Of a DNA stretch of 47,493 nt, positions 37,824 to 47,292 are shown piece after piece; within the stretch, counting starts at the first letter, position 1; each line of letters opens with the position of its first letter. A program made the position numbers and the translations under genes. The DNA is from Bacteroidales bacterium (GTDB lineage: Bacteria; Bacteroidota; Bacteroidia; Bacteroidales; DTU049): contig JAPXMM010000001.1 in the NCBI GenBank assembly GCA_033809015.1, positions 1 through 47,493 of the forward strand, read 5' to 3'. Below the pieces are notes generated by a model, which did not search any database, was not told the DNA's origin, and worked only from the letters and a program-made list of their open reading frames with translations.

Positions 37824-38654
37824 TTAAAATAATTCCATATTATCTATCAACCTCACATCGCCCAGCCACGTTGCTATCAAAATAATTGATTTACCTTCAT
37901 TCCAATCATTTATGGTTTTTAGAGTATCAGCATTTACGATTTCTACATATTCTATTTTGAAATCTGGAAATTGACTTAGATGGTCTATCACAGCTTGTTT
38001 CACTTCGTTAATAGATTTTTTATAAGCCAAATTTTTGGCTAATAGAAGAGCTTTATATATTTCTGGGGCTAGTTTTAATTCATTTTCACTAAGTCTAAGA
38101 TTGCGACTACTCATAGCTAAGCCATTTGGCTCTCTCAATATTGAAACTGCGATTATCTCTATAGGTAAATTTTGTTGTTTTACTAACTCTTTAATTATTA
38201 CGTATTGCTGGTAATCTTTTTTACCGAAATATGCTCTATCTGGCTTAATAATATGGAATAATCTATTAACCACAATAGCTACACCATTGAAATGTCCAGG
38301 TCTGTATGCACCCTCTAAGATTTTGTCTAAATAACCAAAATCATAGCTCTCTTTTGGTGGCTCTGGATACATCTCATCTACACTTGGGGCGAAGACTACA
38401 TCACAATTATAAGTTTCTAAAAGGTTAAGATCATCATCCAATAAACGAGGATATTTATCAAAATCCTTTTTATCATTGAATTGCACTGGATTTACGAAAA
38501 TACTAACTACTGTGGTAGCATTTTCTTTTTTAGAATGTTCTATCAAAGATAAATGTCCCTGATGTAGTGCTCCCATGGTAGGTACTAGTCCTATTGGATG
38601 TTTTTGATCTGCTAAATATTCCTGTAGCTCTTTTATTTTTGTAAATACTTTCAT
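37824..38654 (-). CDS. panC: Pantoate--beta-alanine ligase
   Basis: GLVPTMGALHQGHLSL, VSIFVNPVQF, FGKKDYQQ and AMSSRN. Confidence 0.95.
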   Translation of the reverse strand: MKVFTKIKELQEYLADQKHPIGLVPTMGALHQGHLSLIEHSKKENATTVVSIFVNPVQFNDKKDFDKYPRLLDDDLNLLETYNCDVVFAPSVDEMYPEPPKESYDFGYLDKILEGAYRPGHFNGVAIVVNRLFHIIKPDRAYFGKKDYQQYVIIKELVKQQNLPIEIIAVSILREPNGLAMSSRNLRLSENELKLAPEIYKALLLAKNLAYKKSINEVKQAVIDHLSQFPDFKIEYVEIVNADTLKTINDWNEGKSIILIATWLGDVRLIDNMELF

Positions 38655-38717
38655 AATCTTGAAAATTAATTTTCAAAATTAATAAAGAATAAGGAAACAA
38701 GAGATAAATAAAAAATA

Positions 38718-41700
38718 TCAGTTTTTTGGTTTAAAGCCCAATGTATTTCTTTCATGAGGTTTATTTGGGTTTGTAGTATTGACTACATTTTGAATATCTT
38801 CTTTAGTAATTAAAATAAGGTCATTAGAAGTTATATTATCTAATTTAGCTATTCTATCACTTTGAGTTTGAAGAATTTTTTCAAAAATATTTCTTACAAA
38901 TCTACCATTACCGAAATGTTTATCTTTATTTTCGTAAGAATCTATGAAATAGCTTATAAGTAATTGCTCAGCATCAGGTTCTAATGTCATAGATCTTTTT
39001 TTGATAAATCCATCAAAAATGTCCATTAACTCATCGGGTTTGTAATCTACGAAGTTAAAATACCTATTAAATCTTGATTTCAAACCAGGATTAGTTTCTA
39101 TTAATTCTTTCATTTCATCAGGATATCCTGCTAAAATAACCACAAATTTACCTCTATCATCTTCCATTCTTTTGAGTAGAGTTTCTAATGCTTCTTTACC
39201 AAAATCATTGCCACTATTAGGTGGATTTAAAGAATATGCTTCATCTATAAATAGTATTCCGTGCATGGCTAAATCGATGACCTTATCAGTTTTAGGACCA
39301 GTTTGGCCGATATATTCACCTACGAGGTCGTTACGAGATACTTCTACTACGTGTCCTTTAGGTAATAAACCTAGAGATTTATATATGCGACCTATTAATC
39401 TAGCGACTGTTGTTTTACCAGTACCTGGCGGACCTTGAAAAACTGCATGTAAACTTAAATTTTGTGTTGCTAAACCATGATCAGATCTTAATTTTTCTAC
39501 TCTAATATAATTTAAAAGTTGTTCAACATCTTTTTTAATATCATCCAATCCAATTAGTTCATTTAATTCAGACATTATATCTTCTATATTTTCTGAAATT
39601 TCTTCTTTAAATTCATCATCTATAGCATTATTAATATCCACTATATCTATTGTGCAAAGATCTTGATCGCTTATATTATCCATTTCTGCTAATCTAGCAG
39701 ATTGATATTGGACGATTTCTTCAAAAAGATTTCTCACTAATCTAGCATTGCCAAAAGTATCAGTTCTCGATTTATAAACATAATCTAAATATTTTGCTAC
39801 TTTTTCTTTAGCTTCATCAGTTATTTGAAAATTAGAAACTTGAACAATTCTGTTAAAAATTTCCAATAATTCTTCAGGTGTGTAATCTTTAAAAGAAAAA
39901 TATCTGGTAAACCTAGATTGCAAACCAGGATTAGATAAAATTAATTTATTCATTTCATTAGGGTATCCAGCAATAATAACCACCATTCTATCCCTTAGGT
40001 CTTCCATTCTTTTTAATAAAGTATCTATAGCCTCTTTGCCAAAATCATTCCCACCATTTTCTGGCATTAATGTGTATGCTTCATCGATAAAAAGTATACC
40101 ATCTATAGCACTATCAATAACTTTATTTGTTTTAATAGCTGTTTGCCCAATATATTCACCTACTAATTGAGAACGATCTACTTCAATTAAATTTCCTTTA
40201 GATAATAATCCTAATGATTTGTATATTTTACCCAAAAGTCTAGCAACGGTTGTTTTGCCTGTACCTGGAGGTCCTTGAAAAACTGCATGAAGAGATATAG
40301 GATTAGAACTCATACCCCTATCTCTGCGCATTTTTTCTATTTTTATATATTTCATTAAATTATTTATGTCTTCTTTTATATTAGATAATCCTACAAGTTT
40401 GTTGAGTTCTGCCATCAACTCATCTAAAGATTTTTCTTCAATATTTTCATTATTTTGTGATGTATTTTGAGGTATTATAGTATTTTTAACAGTTTCTGCC
40501 TCTTTGATAGAATCTTTGAATAGTTCCTCGTCAGGGTCTAATTTTAATGCTTTATTAAAAAAATCAATTGCTTCATCAGCTAGTTTATTATCTAATAACA
40601 CTTTGCCTAAATAATAAAATACAGAAGAATTAGTAACATTATTAATAGTTTTCTGAGAACAATTTTTAGCTATTTCTAATAGTTCATCAAATTTATTTAA
40701 ATCATATAAACAAAAAACTAAATTAGAAAAAATAGTAGGATTGGTTTTATCTATTCTATATGCTTTTTTGTAATATTCTAATTCTTTATCACTATCACCA
40801 AGCCAAGACCATGCAGCACCTATACCATTAATTGCAGAAGCAAATTCTGGATTTATTTTAAGTGCATTTTCAAAATATTCTATTGCTTTAGAATAATTTT
40901 TTTTATTAAAATACTCCATGCCAGTAGTGAATAACCTTTGAGCTTTAGGATCTATTTGTTGTATATTTTCTATTTCATCATTTTCTTTTGATGGATCATA
41001 AGTTCCTTCTTCATCACTATCATGATAGGTATTTATCATTATCGGTATAGACATTATTATTAACCACATGCCATTGCCATAGCAAACATTTGTAATTTCA
41101 TAACCTTCATTTAATTTTTCTCTAACATCTGCTTCTGGGAAATTATAATCTAAAATATAAAATTGATTTTCATAGGGAGCAATTTGACTCATTACTAGAC
41201 CCCATTTATTGTTTGAAGGACATATTGATGTAATAAAGTAGCCTTTAGACCAGTAATCTTTTATTGTTTTTGAAGGGAATTCGCTATATAACCCAAAAAT
41301 TTGTTTTCCTAAATTATTTGACTTTCCAAATACTATTATCCATCTATCATATGAAAATGATAGATGGATAATAGTATCTCCTGATTTTAAGTAATCTTTA
41401 ATCTCATTTGATGGAAAATCTTGTTTTGTTAACCATTTTTGATCAGATATTCCTGTATTTGTTGACATTACAACATACCATACTCCTTCACCAAATCCTA
41501 TATTGCTAATATCAAAATTGTCTTCCCATCCATTTGTTATTACTTCTTCTGGAAAATCTAATCTAGTACTCCATTTTTGATCTAAATATTTGCTATCATT
41601 ATCATATACTAATATCCATTTATTCTCTCCATATGCTAAACGATTTATAAAAGCTCCTTGTCTCCAGATATCATTGATTTGTTCTTCTGGGAATTTTTTT

Positions 41701-41726
41701 GAAAATAAAAAGTTTTGTCCACTCAT
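38718..41726 (-). CDS. Multidomain protein: 5 x 46-aa N-terminal repeats, TPR region, and two tandem CbbX/SpoVK/EccA-type AAA+ ATPase modules
   Basis: aa 12-226 hold five units that each start with FP at exact 46-aa spacing (FPxxxIxxxWxxGxxI...W.(V/I)VMS). TPR-like helices span about aa 260-400 (YSKAIEYFENALKINPEF...). Two modules each have Walker A VFQGPPGTGKTTVARL, Walker B GILFIDEAY, and GYP.EM...NPGL.SRF. Confidence 0.8.
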   Translation of the reverse strand: MSGQNFLFSKKFPEEQINDIWRQGAFINRLAYGENKWILVYDNDSKYLDQKWSTRLDFPEEVITNGWEDNFDISNIGFGEGVWYVVMSTNTGISDQKWLTKQDFPSNEIKDYLKSGDTIIHLSFSYDRWIIVFGKSNNLGKQIFGLYSEFPSKTIKDYWSKGYFITSICPSNNKWGLVMSQIAPYENQFYILDYNFPEADVREKLNEGYEITNVCYGNGMWLIIMSIPIMINTYHDSDEEGTYDPSKENDEIENIQQIDPKAQRLFTTGMEYFNKKNYSKAIEYFENALKINPEFASAINGIGAAWSWLGDSDKELEYYKKAYRIDKTNPTIFSNLVFCLYDLNKFDELLEIAKNCSQKTINNVTNSSVFYYLGKVLLDNKLADEAIDFFNKALKLDPDEELFKDSIKEAETVKNTIIPQNTSQNNENIEEKSLDELMAELNKLVGLSNIKEDINNLMKYIKIEKMRRDRGMSSNPISLHAVFQGPPGTGKTTVARLLGKIYKSLGLLSKGNLIEVDRSQLVGEYIGQTAIKTNKVIDSAIDGILFIDEAYTLMPENGGNDFGKEAIDTLLKRMEDLRDRMVVIIAGYPNEMNKLILSNPGLQSRFTRYFSFKDYTPEELLEIFNRIVQVSNFQITDEAKEKVAKYLDYVYKSRTDTFGNARLVRNLFEEIVQYQSARLAEMDNISDQDLCTIDIVDINNAIDDEFKEEISENIEDIMSELNELIGLDDIKKDVEQLLNYIRVEKLRSDHGLATQNLSLHAVFQGPPGTGKTTVARLIGRIYKSLGLLPKGHVVEVSRNDLVGEYIGQTGPKTDKVIDLAMHGILFIDEAYSLNPPNSGNDFGKEALETLLKRMEDDRGKFVVILAGYPDEMKELIETNPGLKSRFNRYFNFVDYKPDELMDIFDGFIKKRSMTLEPDAEQLLISYFIDSYENKDKHFGNGRFVRNIFEKILQTQSDRIAKLDNITSNDLILITKEDIQNVVNTTNPNKPHERNTLGFKPKN

Positions 41727-41752
41727 ATATAATGATTTATTTTTTTAGAAAA

Positions 41753-41782
41753 AAAACCTGCCAATATATCGACAGGTTTTTT
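41753..41782 (-). terminator. Rho-independent-type hairpin between the small membrane gene and the AAA+ gene
   Basis: 'aaaacctgcc aatatat cgacaggtttt' has an 8-bp stem aaaacctg/caggtttt. It is flanked by A/T runs on both sides; on the minus strand a T8 run follows the hairpin. Confidence 0.5.
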
Positions 41783-41804
41783 AGATTTTTTTTAATGTTA
41801 ATTT

Positions 41805-42167
41805 TTAGCCTCTCTCAGCAATAGCTTCATTTAGTGCATTGACAATTCTGTCTATATAAGCTTCATCTTTACTTGTTAATGCTTCTTCACTTCCTGAAGC
41901 ACTTGCAAGGCTAATTATGTACTTGTTTTTTTGCATTATCCACCATAGTACGGCTCCAGCTAGTAATATTATTGCTAGAACCCATTGAAATGCAAAACAT
42001 ACTAATCCGATAATACCTAATATAATCGGACCAGTTCTTTTAGGTTTTACAATGTATTTAGCTACAGATGTTACATTACCCATAGAATGCATTTTACCAT
42101 AGGTTAAAAAACGAGCATTAGTAACTTTTACATCACCTTCATCAAAATAAATTTTTTCTTCTGCCAT
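41805..42167 (-). CDS. Small membrane protein: N-terminal beta-rich (bPH-like) segment, TM hairpin, short C-terminal helix
   Basis: IYFDEGDVKVTNARFLTYGKMHSMGNVTSV, then GPIILGIIGLVCFAFQWVLAIILLAGAVLWWI (two TM helices), then IISLASASGSEEALTSKDEAYIDRIVNALNEAI. From memory the layout resembles DUF6232-type proteins; this is unverified. Confidence 0.55.
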   Translation of the reverse strand: MAEEKIYFDEGDVKVTNARFLTYGKMHSMGNVTSVAKYIVKPKRTGPIILGIIGLVCFAFQWVLAIILLAGAVLWWIMQKNKYIISLASASGSEEALTSKDEAYIDRIVNALNEAIAERG

Positions 42168-42425
42168 ATAATTTTTTTTGGGGGTTTATTAAAAAATTTT
42201 TACAAAAATAGTAAAATATTTGATATAATAAAATATTTTATATAATTGAAAATAATTTATTTTGTATTTATTGGATTAAATCTAAAATTATAAAGAAAAT
42301 TCAAATATATTAAGTCTATTTTTACAATAATTTACTAAAGAAAATTATTAAAGAAAAAAATAAACCAATAACAATTATTTTACATTAAATAAATATATTT
42401 ATTTAATGAATTAACAAATTTTATT

Positions 42426-42433
42426 TAATTTTG
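42426..42433 (+). promoter_or_regulatory. -7 box TAnnTTTG for the glycogen gene cluster
   Basis: 'taattttg' lies 20 nt upstream of the ATG at 42454. Confidence 0.4.
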
Positions 42434-42453
42434 CATAAAATATACTATTGAGT

Positions 42454-44406
42454 ATGAGTTATTTATCATTTGATAAACAGCAGCTTGTAAATTTAGAGTT
42501 TTCATTGAATAGAGAAATTATCAGGGCTAATAGAGCTGGAGCATATGCTAGCACTACTATTATATATTGTAATACGCGAAAATATCATGGTTTATTAGTA
42601 TCACCACAGCCTCAATTAGATGATGATTTACATGTTTTCCTTTCGGCTATAGATGAGAGCATTATACAGCATGATGCTGAGTTTAATATTGGTATTCATC
42701 AATATCCTGGTTCTGTTTATTTTCCTAAAGGGCATAAATATGTTGAGGAATTTCAGAGTGTGCCTATTCCTACGCTTATTTATCATGTAGGAGGTGTAGT
42801 TTTGTCTAAACAACTATTATTTATAAATAAAGAAGATAGAGTCCTCATCAAATACACTCTATTAGATGCTCATAGCGATACTTTATTGCGTTTAAAACCA
42901 TTTTTAGCTTTTAGAAATTACCATACTCTCAGTAAAGCAAATATGTATGCTAATAAAAATTACGAAGAATGCGAAAATGGTATTATGATGAAGCTATACA
43001 AAGGTTATAGTCCATTGTATATTCAAATTTCTAAAGAAGCAAAATATGTTCATGCTCCAGATTGGTATTATAATATCGAATATCGAAAAGAGCTAGAACG
43101 TGGTTATGATGGACACGAAGATTTACTTGTACCAGGTTATTTCGAATTTCCTATCAAAAAAAATGAAAGTGTCATCATAAGTGCAGGTTTATCAGAGACT
43201 AAACCTAATATGCTAAAAAGATTATTTAATAATGAGCTAAAAAATAGGATACCACGTGATAGTTATGAAAATAATTTAATTAATTCTGCACAGCAGTTTA
43301 TCATACAGCGAGGTAATGATGTAGAAATAAAAGCTGGTTATCACTGGTTTGGCAGATGGGGACGTGATACTCTAATTTCTTTACCAGGATTAACATTAGT
43401 AACGGGTAACTATGATCTATGCAAAAAAGCTATAGATACACTTTTAGCTGATAAAAAAGGTCCATTGCTACCTAATGTAGGTAAACAGGAACGAGTAGCT
43501 ATCAATTCTGCTGATACATCATTATGGCTTTTCTGGACTTTGCAGCAATATCAATTATTTACTAATGAAGCACCAATGAAAATCTGGCGTTTATATAAAA
43601 ATGACTTGCAATCTATTCTTTATGGTTATCGTAATGGAGAGGCTAAAGGCATATGGATGAGTGAGGATGGATTGATAAATGCTAAATTACCAGGATATGC
43701 TTTGACATGGATGGATGCTATTGTAGATGGTAAACCTGTGACTCCTCGTTACGGAAAGCCAGTAGATATAAATGCTCTATGGTATAATGCTATTTGTTAT
43801 GCTATTTATTTAGCTGAACACGTAAATGATAACGAATTTATAGATGATTGGTTACCAATAAAAGAAAAAATCGAGAACTCTTTTTTAGAAACTTTTTGGG
43901 ATGAACAACATGACTATTTAGCTGATTATGTAGATGATGGAGAAAAAGATTGGTGTGTACGTCCTAATATGGTTTTTGCAACTTCATTACCATACGTTTG
44001 TTTAGATGAGAAAAAAAGATTATCTGTTTTGGAGAGAATACAACAAGAGCTTTTGACACCAAGAGGATTGCGAACTTTGAGTCCCAAATGTCCACATTAT
44101 CGTGGTCATTATGAAGGCCCCATAAAAGAGAGAGATCTCGCGTATCATCAAGGAACAGTGTGGCCATGGCTTTTAGGTGCTTTCGCTGAAGGATATCTTA
44201 GGATTTTTGGTAAAAATGGAATTCCATTTATTGAAAAAATTTATTTCGATTTAGAGTCTACTTTATCTGAACATGGTGTGGGTAGTATAAGCGAAGTCTT
44301 TGATGGAGATCCACCACACAAACCTGGTGGAGCTATTTCTCAGGCTTGGAGTGTAGCAGAAATTATGAGAATGAAATGGTTAATTGAAAAATATAAAAAT
44401 CTATGA
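42454..44406 (+). CDS. Glycogen debranching enzyme (amylo-alpha-1,6-glucosidase, GDE N- and C-terminal domains)
   Basis: REWLLTN-like start region (REIIRANRAGAYASTTIIYCNTRKYHGLL), GYHWFGRWGRDTLISLPG, and YHQGTVWPWLLGAF...ISQAWSVAE. ATG at 42454 preferred over the TTG at 42448. Confidence 0.85.
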   Translation: MSYLSFDKQQLVNLEFSLNREIIRANRAGAYASTTIIYCNTRKYHGLLVSPQPQLDDDLHVFLSAIDESIIQHDAEFNIGIHQYPGSVYFPKGHKYVEEFQSVPIPTLIYHVGGVVLSKQLLFINKEDRVLIKYTLLDAHSDTLLRLKPFLAFRNYHTLSKANMYANKNYEECENGIMMKLYKGYSPLYIQISKEAKYVHAPDWYYNIEYRKELERGYDGHEDLLVPGYFEFPIKKNESVIISAGLSETKPNMLKRLFNNELKNRIPRDSYENNLINSAQQFIIQRGNDVEIKAGYHWFGRWGRDTLISLPGLTLVTGNYDLCKKAIDTLLADKKGPLLPNVGKQERVAINSADTSLWLFWTLQQYQLFTNEAPMKIWRLYKNDLQSILYGYRNGEAKGIWMSEDGLINAKLPGYALTWMDAIVDGKPVTPRYGKPVDINALWYNAICYAIYLAEHVNDNEFIDDWLPIKEKIENSFLETFWDEQHDYLADYVDDGEKDWCVRPNMVFATSLPYVCLDEKKRLSVLERIQQELLTPRGLRTLSPKCPHYRGHYEGPIKERDLAYHQGTVWPWLLGAFAEGYLRIFGKNGIPFIEKIYFDLESTLSEHGVGSISEVFDGDPPHKPGGAISQAWSVAEIMRMKWLIEKYKNL

Positions 44407-45698
44407 GAGTATTGATGTTTGGTTGGGAATTTCCACCACATATTTCAGGAGGTTTAGGTACAGCCTGCTATGGGCTCACAAAAGCTCTCCTCAGGCAAGG
44501 TGTAGAGGTTGTTTTTGTTGTTCCTAAAGCCTTTGGCGACGAAGATAATGAAATTAGAATAGTAAATGCTTCAGATTTTGAAATTAATTTAGAAGATCAA
44601 TCTACTGTAGAACTATGGAAAAGATTGAAATATATCCAAGTAGCTTCCAAAATAATTCCTTATATTAGTCCAGAATATTATACCCAGGAATATGAAAAAT
44701 TATTAAAAGAAGAAATTAATAAAAATAATATTTTTAAACAAAAATATCAATTCGCAGGTACATATGGCCCTAATCTGATGTATGAAGTTTCTAGATATGC
44801 ATTAATTGCTAGCGCATTGGCTGCTACAAATGATTTCGATGTAATACATGCTCATGATTGGTTAACATATCCAGCTGGCATAGCTGCTAAAAATACTAGC
44901 GGTAAACCATTAGTAGTTCATGTACATGCTACAGAGTTTGACCGTAGCGGAGAAAATATTAACCAAGATGTATATAATATCGAACGTGAGGGCATGATGC
45001 AAGCTGACAAAATTATTACCGTATCTAACTATACAAGAAATATTGTGATTACTAGATATGGCATAAATCCTGATAAAGTTTTTACTATCTATAATGGTGC
45101 TGATGCATTTAAGTTTAATACTAGACCTAAAGTGCAGAAACCATATAAAGAAAAAGTTGTAACTTATATTGGGAGAATAACTTTCCAGAAAGGACCAGAA
45201 TATTTTGTAGAAACTGCTCGCAAATTATTACAATATGATAATAATGTGAGATTTGTGATGGCTGGCTCTGGAGATATGTTTCCCCGAATAATAAGATTAG
45301 CAGCTCGATATCGTATAGGACACAAGATTCATTTTACTGGCTTTCTAAAAGGTCCAGAAGTGGAAGAAGTACTTTCATATAGTGATGTTTATGTGATGCC
45401 AAGTGTTTCTGAACCTTTTGGTATCTCACCACTAGAAGCTTTGATGTCTAATATTCCTATTGTTATTTCTAAACAAAGTGGCGTAGCAGAGGTTCTCAAA
45501 CATGCTATTAAAGTGGACTTTTGGGATATAGATGCTATGGCTAATGCTATTTATGGCATTTTAAATTATCCAGCTATTAATAAAATGTTTCAAAAATATA
45601 GTAAAGATGAGGTAGATCAGCTAAAATGGGATAACTCAGCTTTTGAGGTTAAACAACTATATGAGTCTTTATTACGTGAATATTTAATTTTAAAATGA
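44403..45698 (+). CDS. Glycosyltransferase family 4 (glycogen-synthase-like)
   Basis: FPPHISGGLGTACYGL, HAHDWLT, GRITFQKGPEYF and PSVSEPFGISPLEA (the EX7E region). Overlaps the upstream stop by 4 nt. Confidence 0.85.
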   Translation: MRVLMFGWEFPPHISGGLGTACYGLTKALLRQGVEVVFVVPKAFGDEDNEIRIVNASDFEINLEDQSTVELWKRLKYIQVASKIIPYISPEYYTQEYEKLLKEEINKNNIFKQKYQFAGTYGPNLMYEVSRYALIASALAATNDFDVIHAHDWLTYPAGIAAKNTSGKPLVVHVHATEFDRSGENINQDVYNIEREGMMQADKIITVSNYTRNIVITRYGINPDKVFTIYNGADAFKFNTRPKVQKPYKEKVVTYIGRITFQKGPEYFVETARKLLQYDNNVRFVMAGSGDMFPRIIRLAARYRIGHKIHFTGFLKGPEVEEVLSYSDVYVMPSVSEPFGISPLEALMSNIPIVISKQSGVAEVLKHAIKVDFWDIDAMANAIYGILNYPAINKMFQKYSKDEVDQLKWDNSAFEVKQLYESLLREYLILK

Positions 45699-45705
45699 TA
45701 AGTGT

Positions 45706-47250
45706 ATGAGATATATCTGTTTCTATTTTCAAGTTCATCAACCTATGAGATTGAGAACTTACAGATTTTTTGACATTGGAGTAAATCATCATTATTATGA
45801 TGATTATCAAAATCAATATATACTTCGTAGAGTTGCAGATAAGTGTTATTTGCCAATGAATCATTTGCTGTATGAACTTATCCAAGAGTTTGGACAACGA
45901 TTTAGAGTGGCTTTCTCCATCTCTGGAGTAGCCCTTGAGCAATTTGAGAAATATGCTCCAGAAGTTATTGAAAGTTTCAAATTATTAGCCAATACTGGTG
46001 CAGTAGAATTTTTAGCTGAAACTTATAGCCATTCCTTGGCTTCTGTTATTTCTAAAGAAGAATTTTATTCTCAGATTAATTTACAACAAGAAAAATTACA
46101 ATCTTTATTAGGTGTGAAACCTAGTACAGCTTTTAGGAATACTGAGCTTATCTATAGTGACCAGATAGGTGAATATGTAGCAGATTTGGGATATAAAGTA
46201 ATGCTGGCAGAGGGTGCTAAACATATATTAGGCTGGAAAAGCCCACATTTCCTTTATTATAACGTAAGAAAACCTGAACTTAAACTTTTACTAAAAGACT
46301 ATCAACTTAGTGATGATATTGCTTTTAGATTTTCTAATAGAGAATGGAACCAATGGCCATTGACAACAGAAAAATATGTAGATTGGCTTAATAATATTGA
46401 TAAAAACCATGAAGTCGTTAATTTATTTATGGATTATGAAACTTTCGGAGAACATCAATGGAAGGAAACAGGTATTTTTGATTTCATGAGGGCATTACCA
46501 GGTAGGGTATTTTCACATTCAGATTATGAGTTTGCTAATCCTACAGAACTCACAGAAATACTTCAACCCGTAGCTCCACTTCACGTACCATATCCTACTT
46601 CATGGGCAGACGAAGAAAGAGATCTCACTGCTTGGTTAGGAAACGATCTGCAAGAGGATGCCTTTAATACATTATATTCACTCAGAGATAAAATCTTACA
46701 AACAAATAATCCAGACATTTTCAAAGATTGGTTGTATCTGCAAACAAGTGATCATTTTTATTATATGTGTACCAAATGGTTCTCTGATGGCGATGTACAT
46801 AAATATTTTAATCCTTATGGTTCACCATATGATGCATATATTAATTATATGAATATTTTAAGTGATTTCATAACTAGAATTGATAATATTTTATCTCAAC
46901 AATCTGATATAAAACTAAATGATACTAAAAAACAAGAAGGTGTTCACATAAATAAAACTACTAATAGAAGTCTTAAAAAAACTGATGTTAAAAAATCAGT
47001 TAAGAAAAATAACAAAAATGATAATATTAAACTCACAAAAAATCAAATAGAAACAATAATTAAAGAATTCACATTAAAAGAATTAGCTTTATTATCTAAA
47101 CAATTACCAGAAAATATTTTTAATAAAATTAATGATCAACTAGACGAAAAACAAAAGAGTAAATTAGAAAAAGAAATAGAGAAAATAATACGTCCTAGAA
47201 AAGATAGTATAGACAAAATAATGACAAAGTTTAAAGAATTAGTAAAGTAA
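45706..47250 (+). CDS. Glycoside hydrolase family 57 protein (alpha-amylase / glucanotransferase type) with a Lys-rich helical C-terminal extension
   Basis: ICFYFQVHQPMRL, FSISGVALEQ, LAETYSHSL, MDYETFGEH and WADEERDLTAWLGN. The last roughly 120 aa are K/N/E-rich. Confidence 0.85.
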   Translation: MRYICFYFQVHQPMRLRTYRFFDIGVNHHYYDDYQNQYILRRVADKCYLPMNHLLYELIQEFGQRFRVAFSISGVALEQFEKYAPEVIESFKLLANTGAVEFLAETYSHSLASVISKEEFYSQINLQQEKLQSLLGVKPSTAFRNTELIYSDQIGEYVADLGYKVMLAEGAKHILGWKSPHFLYYNVRKPELKLLLKDYQLSDDIAFRFSNREWNQWPLTTEKYVDWLNNIDKNHEVVNLFMDYETFGEHQWKETGIFDFMRALPGRVFSHSDYEFANPTELTEILQPVAPLHVPYPTSWADEERDLTAWLGNDLQEDAFNTLYSLRDKILQTNNPDIFKDWLYLQTSDHFYYMCTKWFSDGDVHKYFNPYGSPYDAYINYMNILSDFITRIDNILSQQSDIKLNDTKKQEGVHINKTTNRSLKKTDVKKSVKKNNKNDNIKLTKNQIETIIKEFTLKELALLSKQLPENIFNKINDQLDEKQKSKLEKEIEKIIRPRKDSIDKIMTKFKELVK

Positions 47251-47292
47251 AATTTTTAAATTATCTTGATTGGAGTTAATAGAATTATGCGT

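Noticed and set aside
45649-45942. 97-aa minus-strand ORF spanning the GT4/GH57 junction.
   Set aside because: It overlaps two confidently identified plus-strand genes and has no motif support.
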